Of a stretch of DNA of 64,000 nt, positions 1 to 9,770 are shown in pieces. Positions within the stretch are counted from its first letter, which is position 1. Every line of letters begins with the position of its first letter. The notes below the pieces were generated by a model. It worked only from the letters and a program-made list of their open reading frames with translations, was not told the DNA's origin and searched no databases. The translations under genes were made by a program, and so were the position numbers. The stretch comes from an uncultured bacterium (lineage in GTDB: Bacteria; Fidelibacterota; Marinisomatia; Marinisomatales; TCS55), in the NCBI GenBank assembly GCA_964538995.1, contig CAZIFK010000001.1, positions 5,827 to 69,826 of the forward strand. Reading direction: 5' to 3'.

Positions 1-261
1 CATACTGAAATAATTAACAGGTGTTGGCAGTATACCGATGTTGATCACATCCACTCCTGTGGATAAAACACCCTTTTTGAAATGTTTAATAAGTTCAGGT
101 GTTGTTAACCGAATATCACCGCTTAAGGCAATTTCCTGACCGCCGGCACGCTTAACAAAGGTTCCAAAACCCTTACCTAGATTTTCAACAACATCCGGCG
201 GAAAATCTTCGGCCACCTTGCCGCGGATATCATATTCTCTGAAAATATATTTATTTATCAT
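1..261 (-). CDS. phosphomannomutase/phosphoglucomutase family protein, N-terminal 87 codons only (gene runs off the left edge of the window)
   Basis: Own translation of the reverse strand from ATG (259-261): MINKYIFREYDIRGKVAEDFPPDVVENLGKGFGTFVKRAGGQEIALSGDIRLTTPEL... The IFREYDIRG opening is the canonical alpha-D-phosphohexomutase N-terminus. It is missing from the ORF track because the window edge truncates it. Confidence 0.8.
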   Translation of the reverse strand, partial: MINKYIFREYDIRGKVAEDFPPDVVENLGKGFGTFVKRAGGQEIALSGDIRLTTPELIKHFKKGVLSTGVDVINIGILPTPVNYFSM

Positions 262-401
262 AATTTATTTGTTAATTGTTTTTAACAACAGGTTAATGAA
301 TTTAAGAAATTAGAAATAGAAATTACTGTGATTCAAATTTAGATGATAATATTTCATCAATTAATTCCTAATAATTAATAATAAACTCATTAAGTTTTGT
401 T

Positions 402-1253
402 ATGAGGATAATGAATTTAAATCTATTGACAGCTATTATTATGTCTTTTGCTTTTTCTCAAAACAATCTGTTAATTAATCAAGAATCATCAAGAGAAAAA
501 AACAAGCGTATTTTGATTGGGTCTGTCCTGTTGGGTGTAGAATATATCTCTGGATATTCCTTGGCATACAAAATGTGGTGGCCAGAAGGATTTAGAAAAA
601 TTAATCCATTTTCGAATATAGGTGAAAAAGAGCCTTTTTTCGTTGACGAAATTATTCACTCATTTGGAAATGTTCTCTCACAGGATATTCATTATAAAAT
701 TATGAAAAAATACTTTCATATCAATTCCCCTTGGCCTTCTATGATTCTTACTTCCTTATCTTGGTTTAGTATTGAAGCTTTGGATGCAATGGAAAAGCGA
801 AATGGTTGGCGGTTTTCAATAAATGATGAACTCGGTAATCTTGCAGGAGTTGCCTTTTGGTATTATAAATATAATCATCCTAATAGTCATTTATATTTAA
901 GATTGGGTTTTCGACAATGGGGAAATGCTATTTCATTTGTGCAGGATTTACCACTTTTATTTACAGATAGGGATGTGTTTGGTAAACAGCATAATCATGA
1001 TAAATATACCATTTTAAAAACAGAATTGATTTACATGTTTAAACAAAATGTTTACACGGGGATAGCCGTATCCAGAGCGTCACCAAACAGTCAGAATAAT
1101 GTTTGGGGTGTGACAGTAGGATGGGATATAATTAATTATTTGAATCAATTGAAACCGGGATGGTATAATACTACTTTTGATTTTATTAGAAAAAATTTCT
1201 CTATGAATATCAGCATTACTTATTGGGATGATAGACGTATTACACCTATTTGA
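402..1253 (+). CDS. hypothetical secreted or membrane-associated protein
   Basis: 283-aa ORF with an ATG start and a hydrophobic N-terminus (LLTAIIMSFAFSQ). It is Trp/Tyr-rich. No catalytic motif recognised. Confidence 0.45.
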   Translation: MRIMNLNLLTAIIMSFAFSQNNLLINQESSREKNKRILIGSVLLGVEYISGYSLAYKMWWPEGFRKINPFSNIGEKEPFFVDEIIHSFGNVLSQDIHYKIMKKYFHINSPWPSMILTSLSWFSIEALDAMEKRNGWRFSINDELGNLAGVAFWYYKYNHPNSHLYLRLGFRQWGNAISFVQDLPLLFTDRDVFGKQHNHDKYTILKTELIYMFKQNVYTGIAVSRASPNSQNNVWGVTVGWDIINYLNQLKPGWYNTTFDFIRKNFSMNISITYWDDRRITPI

Positions 1254-1260
1254 ACCTAAT

Positions 1261-2712
1261 TTAATAATCAAATTCACTGCTACCAATGAACTCTCTTAAA
1301 ATCGAAATCCGCGGTACTGATTTTTCATCCAAGAGTTCAAAAAACGATAATAACATCATTAATCTTTCAGCTTCCATCGCAAATTCAGATCCGCTGTCTA
1401 TCTCCCTCAACAGCGGAAGAGTATATTTGGCCAAAACCGGTAATTCATAAGCCAGCGAGGAATTGAACATGTAATCAGCTTCTTCTTGAAAAGGGAATAT
1501 ATTCACGTCTTCTCCTTTTCGAACCATGGACCAGCGCCCCAGAGTTTCCGAAGAAGAGTATCCGCGAAACTTATGGTCTCTCACCATTCGTCGGAGAAGG
1601 CGATTATCGGATGTGGATATACGGTGATTCGCATCGATGTTCATTTGTGTAATAGCGCTGATATAAATATGAAGTAAATGATTTTTTCCCAGTGTTTTAG
1701 TTAGAATCGGGTTTAATCCATGGATACCTTCCAGAAGGATAAAATCCCATTTTCCAAGCTGGACCGTCTCTTCTGATTCTTTGCCGGTTCCTGATACAAA
1801 ATCAAACTTCCGCAAATTCACCGGGTGGCTATTTACCAGTAGCTCTAAATGTTCACACAATAAATCTGTATTTATTGCAGAAATGCTTTCAAAATCAATT
1901 TGACCATCTTCATTGGGTTTCAAATCATTCCTGTTCATGAAGTAATCATCCATGGATATTTGAATTGTATTGAATCCATTGACTCGCAATTGAATACCAA
2001 GGCGTTTAGCAAACGTTGTTTTCCCAGAAGAAGACGGCCCTGCAATAGTGATAATACGTTTTTCAGGAAATTCTATAACCAGTTTATCGGCAATATTACT
2101 GATTTTCTTTTCATGAAGACCTTCAGCTACCCAAATCATTTCCCGGATGTCTCCGTTTCGAATCAGATCATTCAATTCTCTAATTGTTGAAACACCAAGA
2201 ATAGCTCCCCACTGTTCATGTTCTTCAATAATTGAAAACAATCTAGGCTGATCTTTAAAAAGTGGGAAAATGCCTTTATCATTCTGAAAACGTATAATAA
2301 ACCCATCATTATATTTTTGGAGCTTGAAAATATTCAATCGGGCTTTGTCAGTTTCCATGGCTCCTAGCTGGATATCCCAATGAGCACCGAACTGAATAAT
2401 GGAGATAGTATCCTTTTTCCATTGCCGGAGCAACTCCAGCTTGCTCTGGGAATTCATGTTTTCCAAATCCTTCCGCACCCTTTGTTTAGAACGGGATTCC
2501 AACTCAATTGGCGTTGTGTTCTTTATCCAATCGAATAATTGAACTTCCAATTCCTTTAAATTTTTCCCCGACATTTTTTCCCAATTCGCCTCATGGCAAA
2601 AAAAGCCATCTCCAAATGAGTGTTCGATAACAATTTGGTGAGGATGAAACAATTTATTGAAAGCTTTAGAAAGCAGAAATAAAACAGTGTTTTGAGCAGC
2701 GTTAGCGTTCAT
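1261..2712 (-). CDS. uridine kinase/phosphoribulokinase-family P-loop kinase with a ~200-aa N-terminal extension
   Basis: Walker A GPSSSGKTTFAKRLG is followed by a Udk/PRK-like core (ILLEGIHGLNP, LLRRMVRDHKFRG). ATG start at 2710-2712. Confidence 0.6.
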   Translation of the reverse strand: MNANAAQNTVLFLLSKAFNKLFHPHQIVIEHSFGDGFFCHEANWEKMSGKNLKELEVQLFDWIKNTTPIELESRSKQRVRKDLENMNSQSKLELLRQWKKDTISIIQFGAHWDIQLGAMETDKARLNIFKLQKYNDGFIIRFQNDKGIFPLFKDQPRLFSIIEEHEQWGAILGVSTIRELNDLIRNGDIREMIWVAEGLHEKKISNIADKLVIEFPEKRIITIAGPSSSGKTTFAKRLGIQLRVNGFNTIQISMDDYFMNRNDLKPNEDGQIDFESISAINTDLLCEHLELLVNSHPVNLRKFDFVSGTGKESEETVQLGKWDFILLEGIHGLNPILTKTLGKNHLLHIYISAITQMNIDANHRISTSDNRLLRRMVRDHKFRGYSSSETLGRWSMVRKGEDVNIFPFQEEADYMFNSSLAYELPVLAKYTLPLLREIDSGSEFAMEAERLMMLLSFFELLDEKSVPRISILREFIGSSEFDY

Positions 2713-2986
2713 TCAGTATTTCTTTCATAATATTTACCAGCGTCCCTTTATTGTCAAATATGTTATGATACTATGAATCATTCTTAATTCATCCACTCTT
2801 CTCGATCCAGTAAGTAACCTTGCTGGGAGCATCTTTAACATGAATTTAATTTACATAATCATAGCAGTGACAACTAATATTAGAGAACACTTGTTAGGTA
2901 TCCTGCTGATGGCGCCTGTTTATCGGCATTACTTTTACAATATGAAACATGATGGATGTAAATGGAGGTGTGATAGAGCCTAAATC

Positions 2987-3199
2987 TTATTCCTCTGCCT
3001 GGGATTCATCATCAACATCCCTGGCTTGCCGATGCATGCGTGCATCCTGCACGATTTTTTTTGCCATTTCTTCTACTACCTTTTTTGAAAGTCGTCCCTC
3101 ATTAGCCTTTTTCCGATCTGCCAAGAGATTTTTAATTATCATGAAAACCAAATAACAGCCGCCGATAACGAATGTAATTATTAGTATTATATTCCACAT
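2987..3199 (-). CDS. small single-pass membrane protein, hypothetical
   Basis: 70-aa ORF with an ATG start, an N-terminal TM segment (IILIITFVIGGCYLVFMII) and a charged tail. No homology recognised. Confidence 0.35.
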   Translation of the reverse strand: MWNIILIITFVIGGCYLVFMIIKNLLADRKKANEGRLSKKVVEEMAKKIVQDARMHRQARDVDDESQAEE

Positions 3200-3408
3200 A
3201 ATTATGTAAAAACAGCTAGTGAAACATTAAGTAGTTTTACAAACTCTTGAATTTGAATCTTATTCAATTTGCTTTTCCCATTTAACATATCTTCAACAAT
3301 TCATTGTTTAATTATAATTCTCCGCATAAGTAATATAAAATGTGATTTTCATGGAAAACAACCGGTTCAATGTTTACAAAATTTATAATATGAAAAATTA
3401 CATCTGAT

Positions 3409-3447
3409 CAGGCTATGGCACCGCAACTAACGCGATGCCATAGCCTG
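3409..3447 (-). terminator. hairpin downstream of the 946-aa T9SS cargo gene
   Basis: Perfect 12-bp stem CAGGCTATGGCA (3409-3420) / TGCCATAGCCTG (3436-3447) with a 15-nt loop, 54 nt after the stop codon. The T-run on the minus strand is displaced by ~11 nt, so this is not a textbook intrinsic terminator. Confidence 0.4.
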
Positions 3448-3500
3448 TGATTATATATCAAACGATGTCAAGAAGATGAAATAAATGCTTAATCTATTTT

Positions 3501-6341
3501 CTATTTAAGGATCATCATTTTTCTTGTTTGCCTAAACTCCCCCGCATCTATCCTATAGAAGTAAATCCCACTGGTCAGATCAGACGCATTGACCTTATGG
3601 CGATATCGTCCAGCCGGTAGATTATCATTCACCAGCGTCCTGATTTCATTACCCAAAATGTCGTACACAGTTAATGTTACTCTTGAATCCTGGGGCAGGT
3701 CATAGGTGATGGTGGTCACCGGATTAAAGGGATTAGGATAGTTTTGAGCCAGGCCATACTTATCCGGGATTAAGGTTTCGTTACCCATACCCAACGGATC
3801 CGCAGTGGCTTCATTGGAATATCCACTCTCATTCCCGTTGAAGTCCATGGCTGTTACCACATAGTAATAGGTCTCACCGGCGGTTACACCGGCATCGACA
3901 AAGGCCGTATCGCTTGTAAAATCGTAGGGTTCATCTGGTGTAAATCCAGGTACTGTTCCCCGATAGACAGTAAAATAGTCAAAATCAGGTGCCGGAACCG
4001 GATGCCAGGATAATTCGACCTGTACGTTTCCATCTCCAGCCGCTGCCAGTAATCCCAGTGGTGGTGACGGATGGAGATTATCTACCGAAAATCCCCGCAT
4101 GGGGTTGGAATCCATAAAGAAATTCGGGTCTTCCGTGTGGGCCGTGACTATATAGACAGACCAAACCGTATCAAAAGGTGTGGCATTACCCAAAGTTGGT
4201 ACTACAGTGCTGTAATCACCATAACCATGCCAGGGAACCATACTGATAAAGTCCCACAGGGGTTGATCGTGATCCCCACCGTGATCGCCATCGCCGCCGG
4301 TGCCAGGTACTTGGCGCCAGACACTAAATTCCGTAAAATACCCCCACCAACCGGGATCGCCAGCTTCCCACTGTATTCTCACTTTATATCCCTGGTCATC
4401 CGGAATATCGTCCACTGTGTATAAATGCGGTCCCCAGAAATCTCCTCCTCCATATTCCATGGCAATATCCAACCAAATGGTTTCATCTGTACTGATATAA
4501 ATGGAGTCGATATGATACGGTTCAAATCCTTCTGCATGAACCTCCCCTTGATACCACATATTGCCAAGAACAGGAACACCGAAATATCCATCCATTCCTG
4601 TCCCCCTACTGAGTTGAATGGAATCATTATAGACAAAAATCCATGCACGTTCGATTGGAAAATCATCAACAGCTGAAAACACCTGACCCTCAAACCAAGC
4701 ATTGGCCATAACCAGCTTAAAATCAATTCCGGTAGTGTCGGATGATACTTTGTATCCTTGAGGAATGCTAATCAAGACATCTTCACCAAAATCAGTCCAT
4801 AATCCTACCCAATATTCACCAAAATCATCCAGATAAGAAGAGACAGGAAGCACATAGCTGACTGGTGATGTATAAACATCGTCACAGAAATCAATCCAGT
4901 TGTAAACCTGCGTTTCAAAGTGAAAGGTATAAATACCAAAGCAATTAAAATCTGCAACGGTTGGAAATTCAATGGATCCGCTGATCGATGCATCATTGGT
5001 AAACAATTTAAAGTGGGTTAACTTGGGATCATCTATGTAATCTCCAGTATTAACAAGAACTCCTCTTCCTTGAGGGATCATATAATCCGGCCAAAGGGCT
5101 TCCTCGTCTACGTTTAATTTCCACATTGTTCCCCACCATTCATCGCCAAATAGATTATCCCATGCCATTACGCCCATATAATAGTGGCCACTACCATCTG
5201 TGTCAACTTCAACCCAGAAGGGTCCGTTCTCTGCCCAGACGGTCATGTTGCTAACAGGAACACCGTCCTGGTCATTTACGTTACCGGCGATCCAAGCGTT
5301 TGCTTCCACCAAGTTAATATTTTCACCAGTGAGTGCGCCAACAACATCCACCCATTGTAAAAATTCTTCGGGAAACAGCTGCGGTTCCGTTACGCCAAAT
5401 ATATCGGAGGCAAGGAGGTAATATAGCCCCGGTTCTTGTACGTGAATGCTGTAGGCACCGTTTGTATCTGTTACAGCAGCCCAGATTTCTGTTGGTCCTT
5501 CATGTTCATCATGTTCATCATGTTCATCATGTTCATCCATTCCTATTCCCCAAGATGGAATAGCTAAGATAATAAAATTTGTAGTAGCTGGTATTACCGC
5601 GCCGGAAATAGAATAACCTGTATCTAATCCTTCAATAAGCAGGTGTGCCGTTGCTGATCCGCCACCATCCGTCGCTGTGAAAAAGATCGAAGCGCCTTCC
5701 AAGAAAAAAGGCATCATATCCTCATCTTTACCAGTCGAATCCACACTAAAAGTAATTTCAAAGACCCCGACAGCAGGATTCTCATCCTCGTCATCATTAT
5801 CAAAGATCCACATGTCACCTTCATCAAAAAGCCAGATATCGGTTGTATTATCAAATACGCCGTCACCATTATCAAGATAACCACCGATACTTGCTGAATC
5901 CTCATCAGTCGAAAAATAGACCGTTATTGTAATAGTATCTCCTAATGTGTAAGTGGTATCCGCTGAACCATTGAATAAGATTTGAATCACATCCATGGAG
6001 TTTCGATTGTATTTATGCATGATAGGGGAAGGGCCTTTTTTCAGGAATGATGGTGTCTTGTCCGGAAGCCAGCCTCCACGTTTTTGCCTGTTGAATTCTG
6101 TTTGCATTGCTTTATTACTTGCCCCAGTTTTCGTCATTAATTGCGGTTTTTGCTGTTTTAAAATTCGCAATTGCTGAATCTTTTCCAAGTCTAAAACCTG
6201 TTTCATTTCAGTATTTATAGTAGAAACAGATCGATCAGAAATATCAAGCTTTGTCTTTTCCAATCCAAAAACAAACGTAAAAAGCAGCAGAACGAGAAAG
6301 GGTTGAAATAATTGACGATAGTTTTGATTGTTGATTTTCAT
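3501..6341 (-). CDS. large secreted T9SS cargo protein (FN3-like module plus type-A C-terminal sorting domain)
   Basis: Signal-like N-terminus. C-terminus is NYPNPFNPVTTITYDLPQDSRVTLTVYDILGNEIRTL...SGIYFYRIDAGEFRQTRKMMILK, the T9SS type-A CTD pattern. FN3-like stretch VELSWHPVPAPDFDYFTVYRG...YYYVVTAMDFNGNES. Acidic His-rich inserts are present. Confidence 0.85.
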   Translation of the reverse strand: MKINNQNYRQLFQPFLVLLLFTFVFGLEKTKLDISDRSVSTINTEMKQVLDLEKIQQLRILKQQKPQLMTKTGASNKAMQTEFNRQKRGGWLPDKTPSFLKKGPSPIMHKYNRNSMDVIQILFNGSADTTYTLGDTITITVYFSTDEDSASIGGYLDNGDGVFDNTTDIWLFDEGDMWIFDNDDEDENPAVGVFEITFSVDSTGKDEDMMPFFLEGASIFFTATDGGGSATAHLLIEGLDTGYSISGAVIPATTNFIILAIPSWGIGMDEHDEHDEHDEHEGPTEIWAAVTDTNGAYSIHVQEPGLYYLLASDIFGVTEPQLFPEEFLQWVDVVGALTGENINLVEANAWIAGNVNDQDGVPVSNMTVWAENGPFWVEVDTDGSGHYYMGVMAWDNLFGDEWWGTMWKLNVDEEALWPDYMIPQGRGVLVNTGDYIDDPKLTHFKLFTNDASISGSIEFPTVADFNCFGIYTFHFETQVYNWIDFCDDVYTSPVSYVLPVSSYLDDFGEYWVGLWTDFGEDVLISIPQGYKVSSDTTGIDFKLVMANAWFEGQVFSAVDDFPIERAWIFVYNDSIQLSRGTGMDGYFGVPVLGNMWYQGEVHAEGFEPYHIDSIYISTDETIWLDIAMEYGGGDFWGPHLYTVDDIPDDQGYKVRIQWEAGDPGWWGYFTEFSVWRQVPGTGGDGDHGGDHDQPLWDFISMVPWHGYGDYSTVVPTLGNATPFDTVWSVYIVTAHTEDPNFFMDSNPMRGFSVDNLHPSPPLGLLAAAGDGNVQVELSWHPVPAPDFDYFTVYRGTVPGFTPDEPYDFTSDTAFVDAGVTAGETYYYVVTAMDFNGNESGYSNEATADPLGMGNETLIPDKYGLAQNYPNPFNPVTTITYDLPQDSRVTLTVYDILGNEIRTLVNDNLPAGRYRHKVNASDLTSGIYFYRIDAGEFRQTRKMMILK
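5501..5536 (-). repeat. perfect 4 x 9-bp tandem repeat (CATGTTCAT) inside the T9SS cargo gene, encoding (DEH)4
   Basis: Read directly: catgttcat x4 at 5501-5536. It translates on the minus strand to MDEHDEHDEHDEHEG. Confidence 0.9.
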
Positions 6342-6477
6342 AGTAAACCTCTTTGTTTATTGGCCTTTTGAGTGATGACGTAATACAATTATCTTATAAT
6401 AATAACCTAAACTAATTATATCTTTCAACAATTGGTGTGCTTTAAATCACATGAAAATTTGTATTCAATTTTATCAT

Positions 6478-6690
6478 TTAATCTCCTAATAAATAAATGA
6501 TGAAAAATGCCATCAGGATGAGGACGATAGATAATACACGGTAAATGTTCATTCCGCTGGTTGGATGATATGTCGAATTGGGTTCACCTTCCTCGCTGTA
6601 TTTTCTTCGGTTGTAGGAAATTAGCTTAAAACTGAAAACCAGCAGTCCTACGAAAAAGAAAAGAACACCGATGAGAGTCAGGGAGTTCAT
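6478..6690 (-). CDS. small two-TM membrane protein, hypothetical
   Basis: 70-aa ORF with an ATG start and two hydrophobic segments (LIGVLFFFVGLLVFSF; VLSIVLILMAFFIIYLL). Confidence 0.4.
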   Translation of the reverse strand: MNSLTLIGVLFFFVGLLVFSFKLISYNRRKYSEEGEPNSTYHPTSGMNIYRVLSIVLILMAFFIIYLLGD

Positions 6691-6723
6691 AACTATGGAT
6701 TAATGTAGATCTTCAAAATAGAT

Positions 6724-7074
6724 TTAACAAGTCAAATGAAGAACAGCATTTGCGTTGGTGCCTTTCGATTCGAGATATTTACATGCTTCGGCTGTGGTCA
6801 TGATTTTCAAATCCACACCCCTCTTGCGGGCTTCTTCCTTCAAAGCATCAACCACAGGCAGACTACCGTAAATTCCGGTGCCGATAATTAGTTCTGTGCA
6901 CTCCCACGGTATATTTTCATGGGGCGTTAGAGGTGTATGCCCAAACCGGGATTTCATGGCGCGGCTTTTGCCCTTTTTCCGTTTAGCGATTTTTCCTCTA
7001 TCAATGACTACATCGAAATCATACTGTTTCCCGTCGATTTCGATACATCCGAATGAGGAATAATTCAATTTCAT
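6724..7074 (-). CDS. Mth938-like (DUF498/NDUFAF3-like) domain protein
   Basis: 116 aa. The pattern F...IEIDGKQYDFDVVI...GHTPLTPHE...LIIGTGIYGSLPV...AVLHLTC matches the MTH938 family as I remember it, including the terminal H-x-T-C. Confidence 0.7.
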   Translation of the reverse strand: MKLNYSSFGCIEIDGKQYDFDVVIDRGKIAKRKKGKSRAMKSRFGHTPLTPHENIPWECTELIIGTGIYGSLPVVDALKEEARKRGVDLKIMTTAEACKYLESKGTNANAVLHLTC

Positions 7075-7118
7075 AATACCTCCTTATTTTATGTTTCGAA
7101 AAAGTTTCACCTATAAGA

Positions 7119-8084
7119 TTACTCTTCAATGTCTAATAAATGTTTCCTCATAAACTTATTGGCAAACTCAAACGCTGCTTTTCTTGATTTCGGATTTCCA
7201 CCGTATGTGGGACCTCGTTCTGCACAGAATGCTAAACCGATTTTCTGTAAAAATGGCTTTGTCATAGGTATATCCATAAAATTCATTAGAACCGCGCCGT
7301 CCTCTCTCATCATCAATCGACAATCTGTAAAAGAATAGCCATTCTCATCAATTACGGGTGAAGCAGAGCGATCGAAGGAATGATGGGAATTCTCATACAC
7401 TGTTAATTCAATATTGGCTCCATCCGCCTGCATCATCGAAACCAGTTCTTCACACGCAGCAGCGGGGGTCCAATTATCCAGATCACCGATTAAAATATGG
7501 ATGGGAGCATCGGTAAAGTCCATTATTTCAGGCATGATGAAACAAGGTGGATAAAAAGTCAGGTGGGCTGCAAAAGACAAATCTTCAGATATGGCACGTT
7601 TTAAGGGTTGCCATGCAGAAAACAGAGTCACCCCTCCCCCCAGACTCCATCCGGTCATAGCGACACGGTCACTATCGATACGAGGATCTTTGCTCAACTC
7701 CTCCAAAGCTCGAAAAGCATCCAGAACCATCATTGCTGTTGTGACTGAAACCTGCTGCCCAACCGTAGATGTTACCCCCCGGCTGGCAAAACTTTTTAAT
7801 TCAAATGTAGCTATGCCCATGTCTCTATACATCTGCAAATATTCGTAGTTATGTTCTCCCCATCCCAAACTACCGGCAGCACCAATAACTAATGGCAGAT
7901 TTTTATGCTCAATACCTTCTGGAAACCTTAAAATACCAAATACGTTTTGTGATTCCTGGTTTTCCAAATCAGTAATTATATGGAAAAATGAAAAGGGATT
8001 GGCACTGGTGAATTCTATTCGTTCACCCTTATCATTAGGAAATAGAAAGGACACTAGAATTAAGAGATACCTCATTTGTTTCAT
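7119..8084 (-). CDS. alpha/beta hydrolase, dienelactone-hydrolase-like, secreted
   Basis: Signal peptide, nucleophile elbow GWSLGGG, and a downstream D and H (YENSHHSFD) consistent with a Ser-Asp-His triad. Confidence 0.7.
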   Translation of the reverse strand: MKQMRYLLILVSFLFPNDKGERIEFTSANPFSFFHIITDLENQESQNVFGILRFPEGIEHKNLPLVIGAAGSLGWGEHNYEYLQMYRDMGIATFELKSFASRGVTSTVGQQVSVTTAMMVLDAFRALEELSKDPRIDSDRVAMTGWSLGGGVTLFSAWQPLKRAISEDLSFAAHLTFYPPCFIMPEIMDFTDAPIHILIGDLDNWTPAAACEELVSMMQADGANIELTVYENSHHSFDRSASPVIDENGYSFTDCRLMMREDGAVLMNFMDIPMTKPFLQKIGLAFCAERGPTYGGNPKSRKAAFEFANKFMRKHLLDIEE

Positions 8085-8109
8085 TTTTTTCTACCTTTCA
8101 TTTTAGATT

Positions 8110-8865
8110 CTATACAATTGGCTTTTGCCCAACAATTATTCCATACCCCGTATGCCTGCTGGCAAAGATACGCTCGGACTGAAAAACGGTCCAGAGCCCT
8201 TTTAGTCCCCAAGAATTAAAAACGGTTTGGACAATTTTCCACTGGCCCTTTACCCCTAAGTTTTTCTTGGATTCTCTCATCCAAGCTGGGATTAATTCCG
8301 AACGGTCTATACCATTGCAGTTTTCCAGTCCAGCCTGTTGAAACAGATGAACCCATCCCTCCAATGTTTCCGGTCGCTCGCTCTCTATTTCCGCGAGCTT
8401 TGTTTTCATTTTTTCCGGTGTATCATTTCTCCAACAAATATCATGAATACCAACATATCCTCCGGTCTTGACAACGCGCACCATTTCTGTTATCGCACGT
8501 TGTTTATCCAATACACATGTAGTACACTCAGAAATGACAACATCAAATGAATGATCATCAAAAGGCAGGTTATGGGCATCCCCCACAGAAAAATCTATAG
8601 TCAGTTTCCGTTGTATTGTCTTCTCCTTGGCACGAGCCACCATAATTTCAGATGCATCAATTCCAATGATGCTGCTTTTGAATTCCTCTGCCAGGTAACA
8701 GGCGCTTTCCCCTGTCCCTGATGCCACATCCAATAACTTGGTATTTTTATCTACATGGCACAATTCTGCCAATTCATGTGTGGTTATCATGCCACCGGGA
8801 TGGAGAGATTCTACTTCTATTACGCCGCTTTCAACGAGGTTTTCAAGTGAAGGTTTTGAGGTCAT
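8110..8865 (-). CDS. class I SAM-dependent methyltransferase
   Basis: Motif I LLDVASGTGESA, with a downstream FDVVIS and GGYVGIHD typical of Methyltransf_11/25-type folds. Confidence 0.75.
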   Translation of the reverse strand: MTSKPSLENLVESGVIEVESLHPGGMITTHELAELCHVDKNTKLLDVASGTGESACYLAEEFKSSIIGIDASEIMVARAKEKTIQRKLTIDFSVGDAHNLPFDDHSFDVVISECTTCVLDKQRAITEMVRVVKTGGYVGIHDICWRNDTPEKMKTKLAEIESERPETLEGWVHLFQQAGLENCNGIDRSELIPAWMRESKKNLGVKGQWKIVQTVFNSWGLKGLWTVFQSERIFASRHTGYGIIVGQKPIV

Positions 8866-8867
8866 TC

Positions 8868-9770
8868 TTATGCCTGATTTTCAAGAATGCTTCGCAACGA
8901 TCCACCTGCATTCTTAAGCAGTATTTCCGATTCTTCCAAGGTGCATTGCTTAATTACCATTACCACCGCATTTTTCACTGAATTTTCTGCTGTAATCAGA
9001 GCATTCCGGGCTTTTCCATGTTCCAGTCCAGTTAATTGACTGATAATTCGAGACCCCCGATCCACAAGTTTATCATTCACTGTCATGAGGTCAACCATAA
9101 GGTTGCCGTAGACTTTGCCCAACTGAATCATCGTTGTTGTAGAAATCATATTCAATACAAGTTTCGTGGCAGTTCCAGCCTTCATACGTGTGGACCCGGT
9201 AATGACTTCCGACCCCGTATCTACTTTGATGATCACATCCGTTTTGACATTAATAAACGGCTCTGGGTTGCAGATCAGGTAAACCGTTTTTGCTCCACAG
9301 GATTTTCCGAATTCAATTGCCGAACCGACATATGCAGCACCACCACTAGTGCTAATACCGATGATCACGTCACCTTTTTCTAAACCAAAATTTTGTAAAT
9401 CTTTAACCGCATTTTCAGGTTTATCTTCCGCTCCTTCAATAGACTTGCGTAATGCATCGTCTCCCCCGGCGATGATACCATTGAACCAGTCAGACGGTAC
9501 AGAAAAAGTAGGTGGCATTTCAGAGGCATCCAGAACACCTAGGCGGCCACTGGTTCCCGCTCCGATATAAACAACTTTCTTCCCCTCCCGAAGTGCGGTG
9601 GTTGTCAGTTGAACGGTTTTTTCGATTTCAGGTATGACTTCACTTACTTTTAATGCGATCGTTTGATCTTCTCTATTGATCACCTCCAGTATTTCTCGTA
9701 TGGCCTTTTCGTCAATCCTATACGAGGCTGGATTCTGCTGCTCTGTTTTCAGGTCGCTTCGATCTATCAT
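8868..9770 (-). CDS. murQ: N-acetylmuramic acid 6-phosphate etherase
   Basis: SIS-domain signature GAGTSGRLGVLDASEMPPTF, ISTSGGAAYV and ITGSTRMKAGTATKLVLNMIST are characteristic of MurQ. Confidence 0.85.
   Translation of the reverse strand: MIDRSDLKTEQQNPASYRIDEKAIREILEVINREDQTIALKVSEVIPEIEKTVQLTTTALREGKKVVYIGAGTSGRLGVLDASEMPPTFSVPSDWFNGIIAGGDDALRKSIEGAEDKPENAVKDLQNFGLEKGDVIIGISTSGGAAYVGSAIEFGKSCGAKTVYLICNPEPFINVKTDVIIKVDTGSEVITGSTRMKAGTATKLVLNMISTTTMIQLGKVYGNLMVDLMTVNDKLVDRGSRIISQLTGLEHGKARNALITAENSVKNAVVMVIKQCTLEESEILLKNAGGSLRSILENQA

Noticed and set aside
4071-6177. Numerous 60-117-aa ORFs on the plus strand inside the 946-aa T9SS cargo gene (e.g. 5333-5563, encoding HVHHVHHVHHVH)
   Set aside because: These are antisense shadow ORFs of a long, well-supported minus-strand gene. 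The His-Val repeat is simply the reverse reading of the (DEH)4 microsatellite. The same reasoning applies to the other short ORFs nested in long genes throughout the track.
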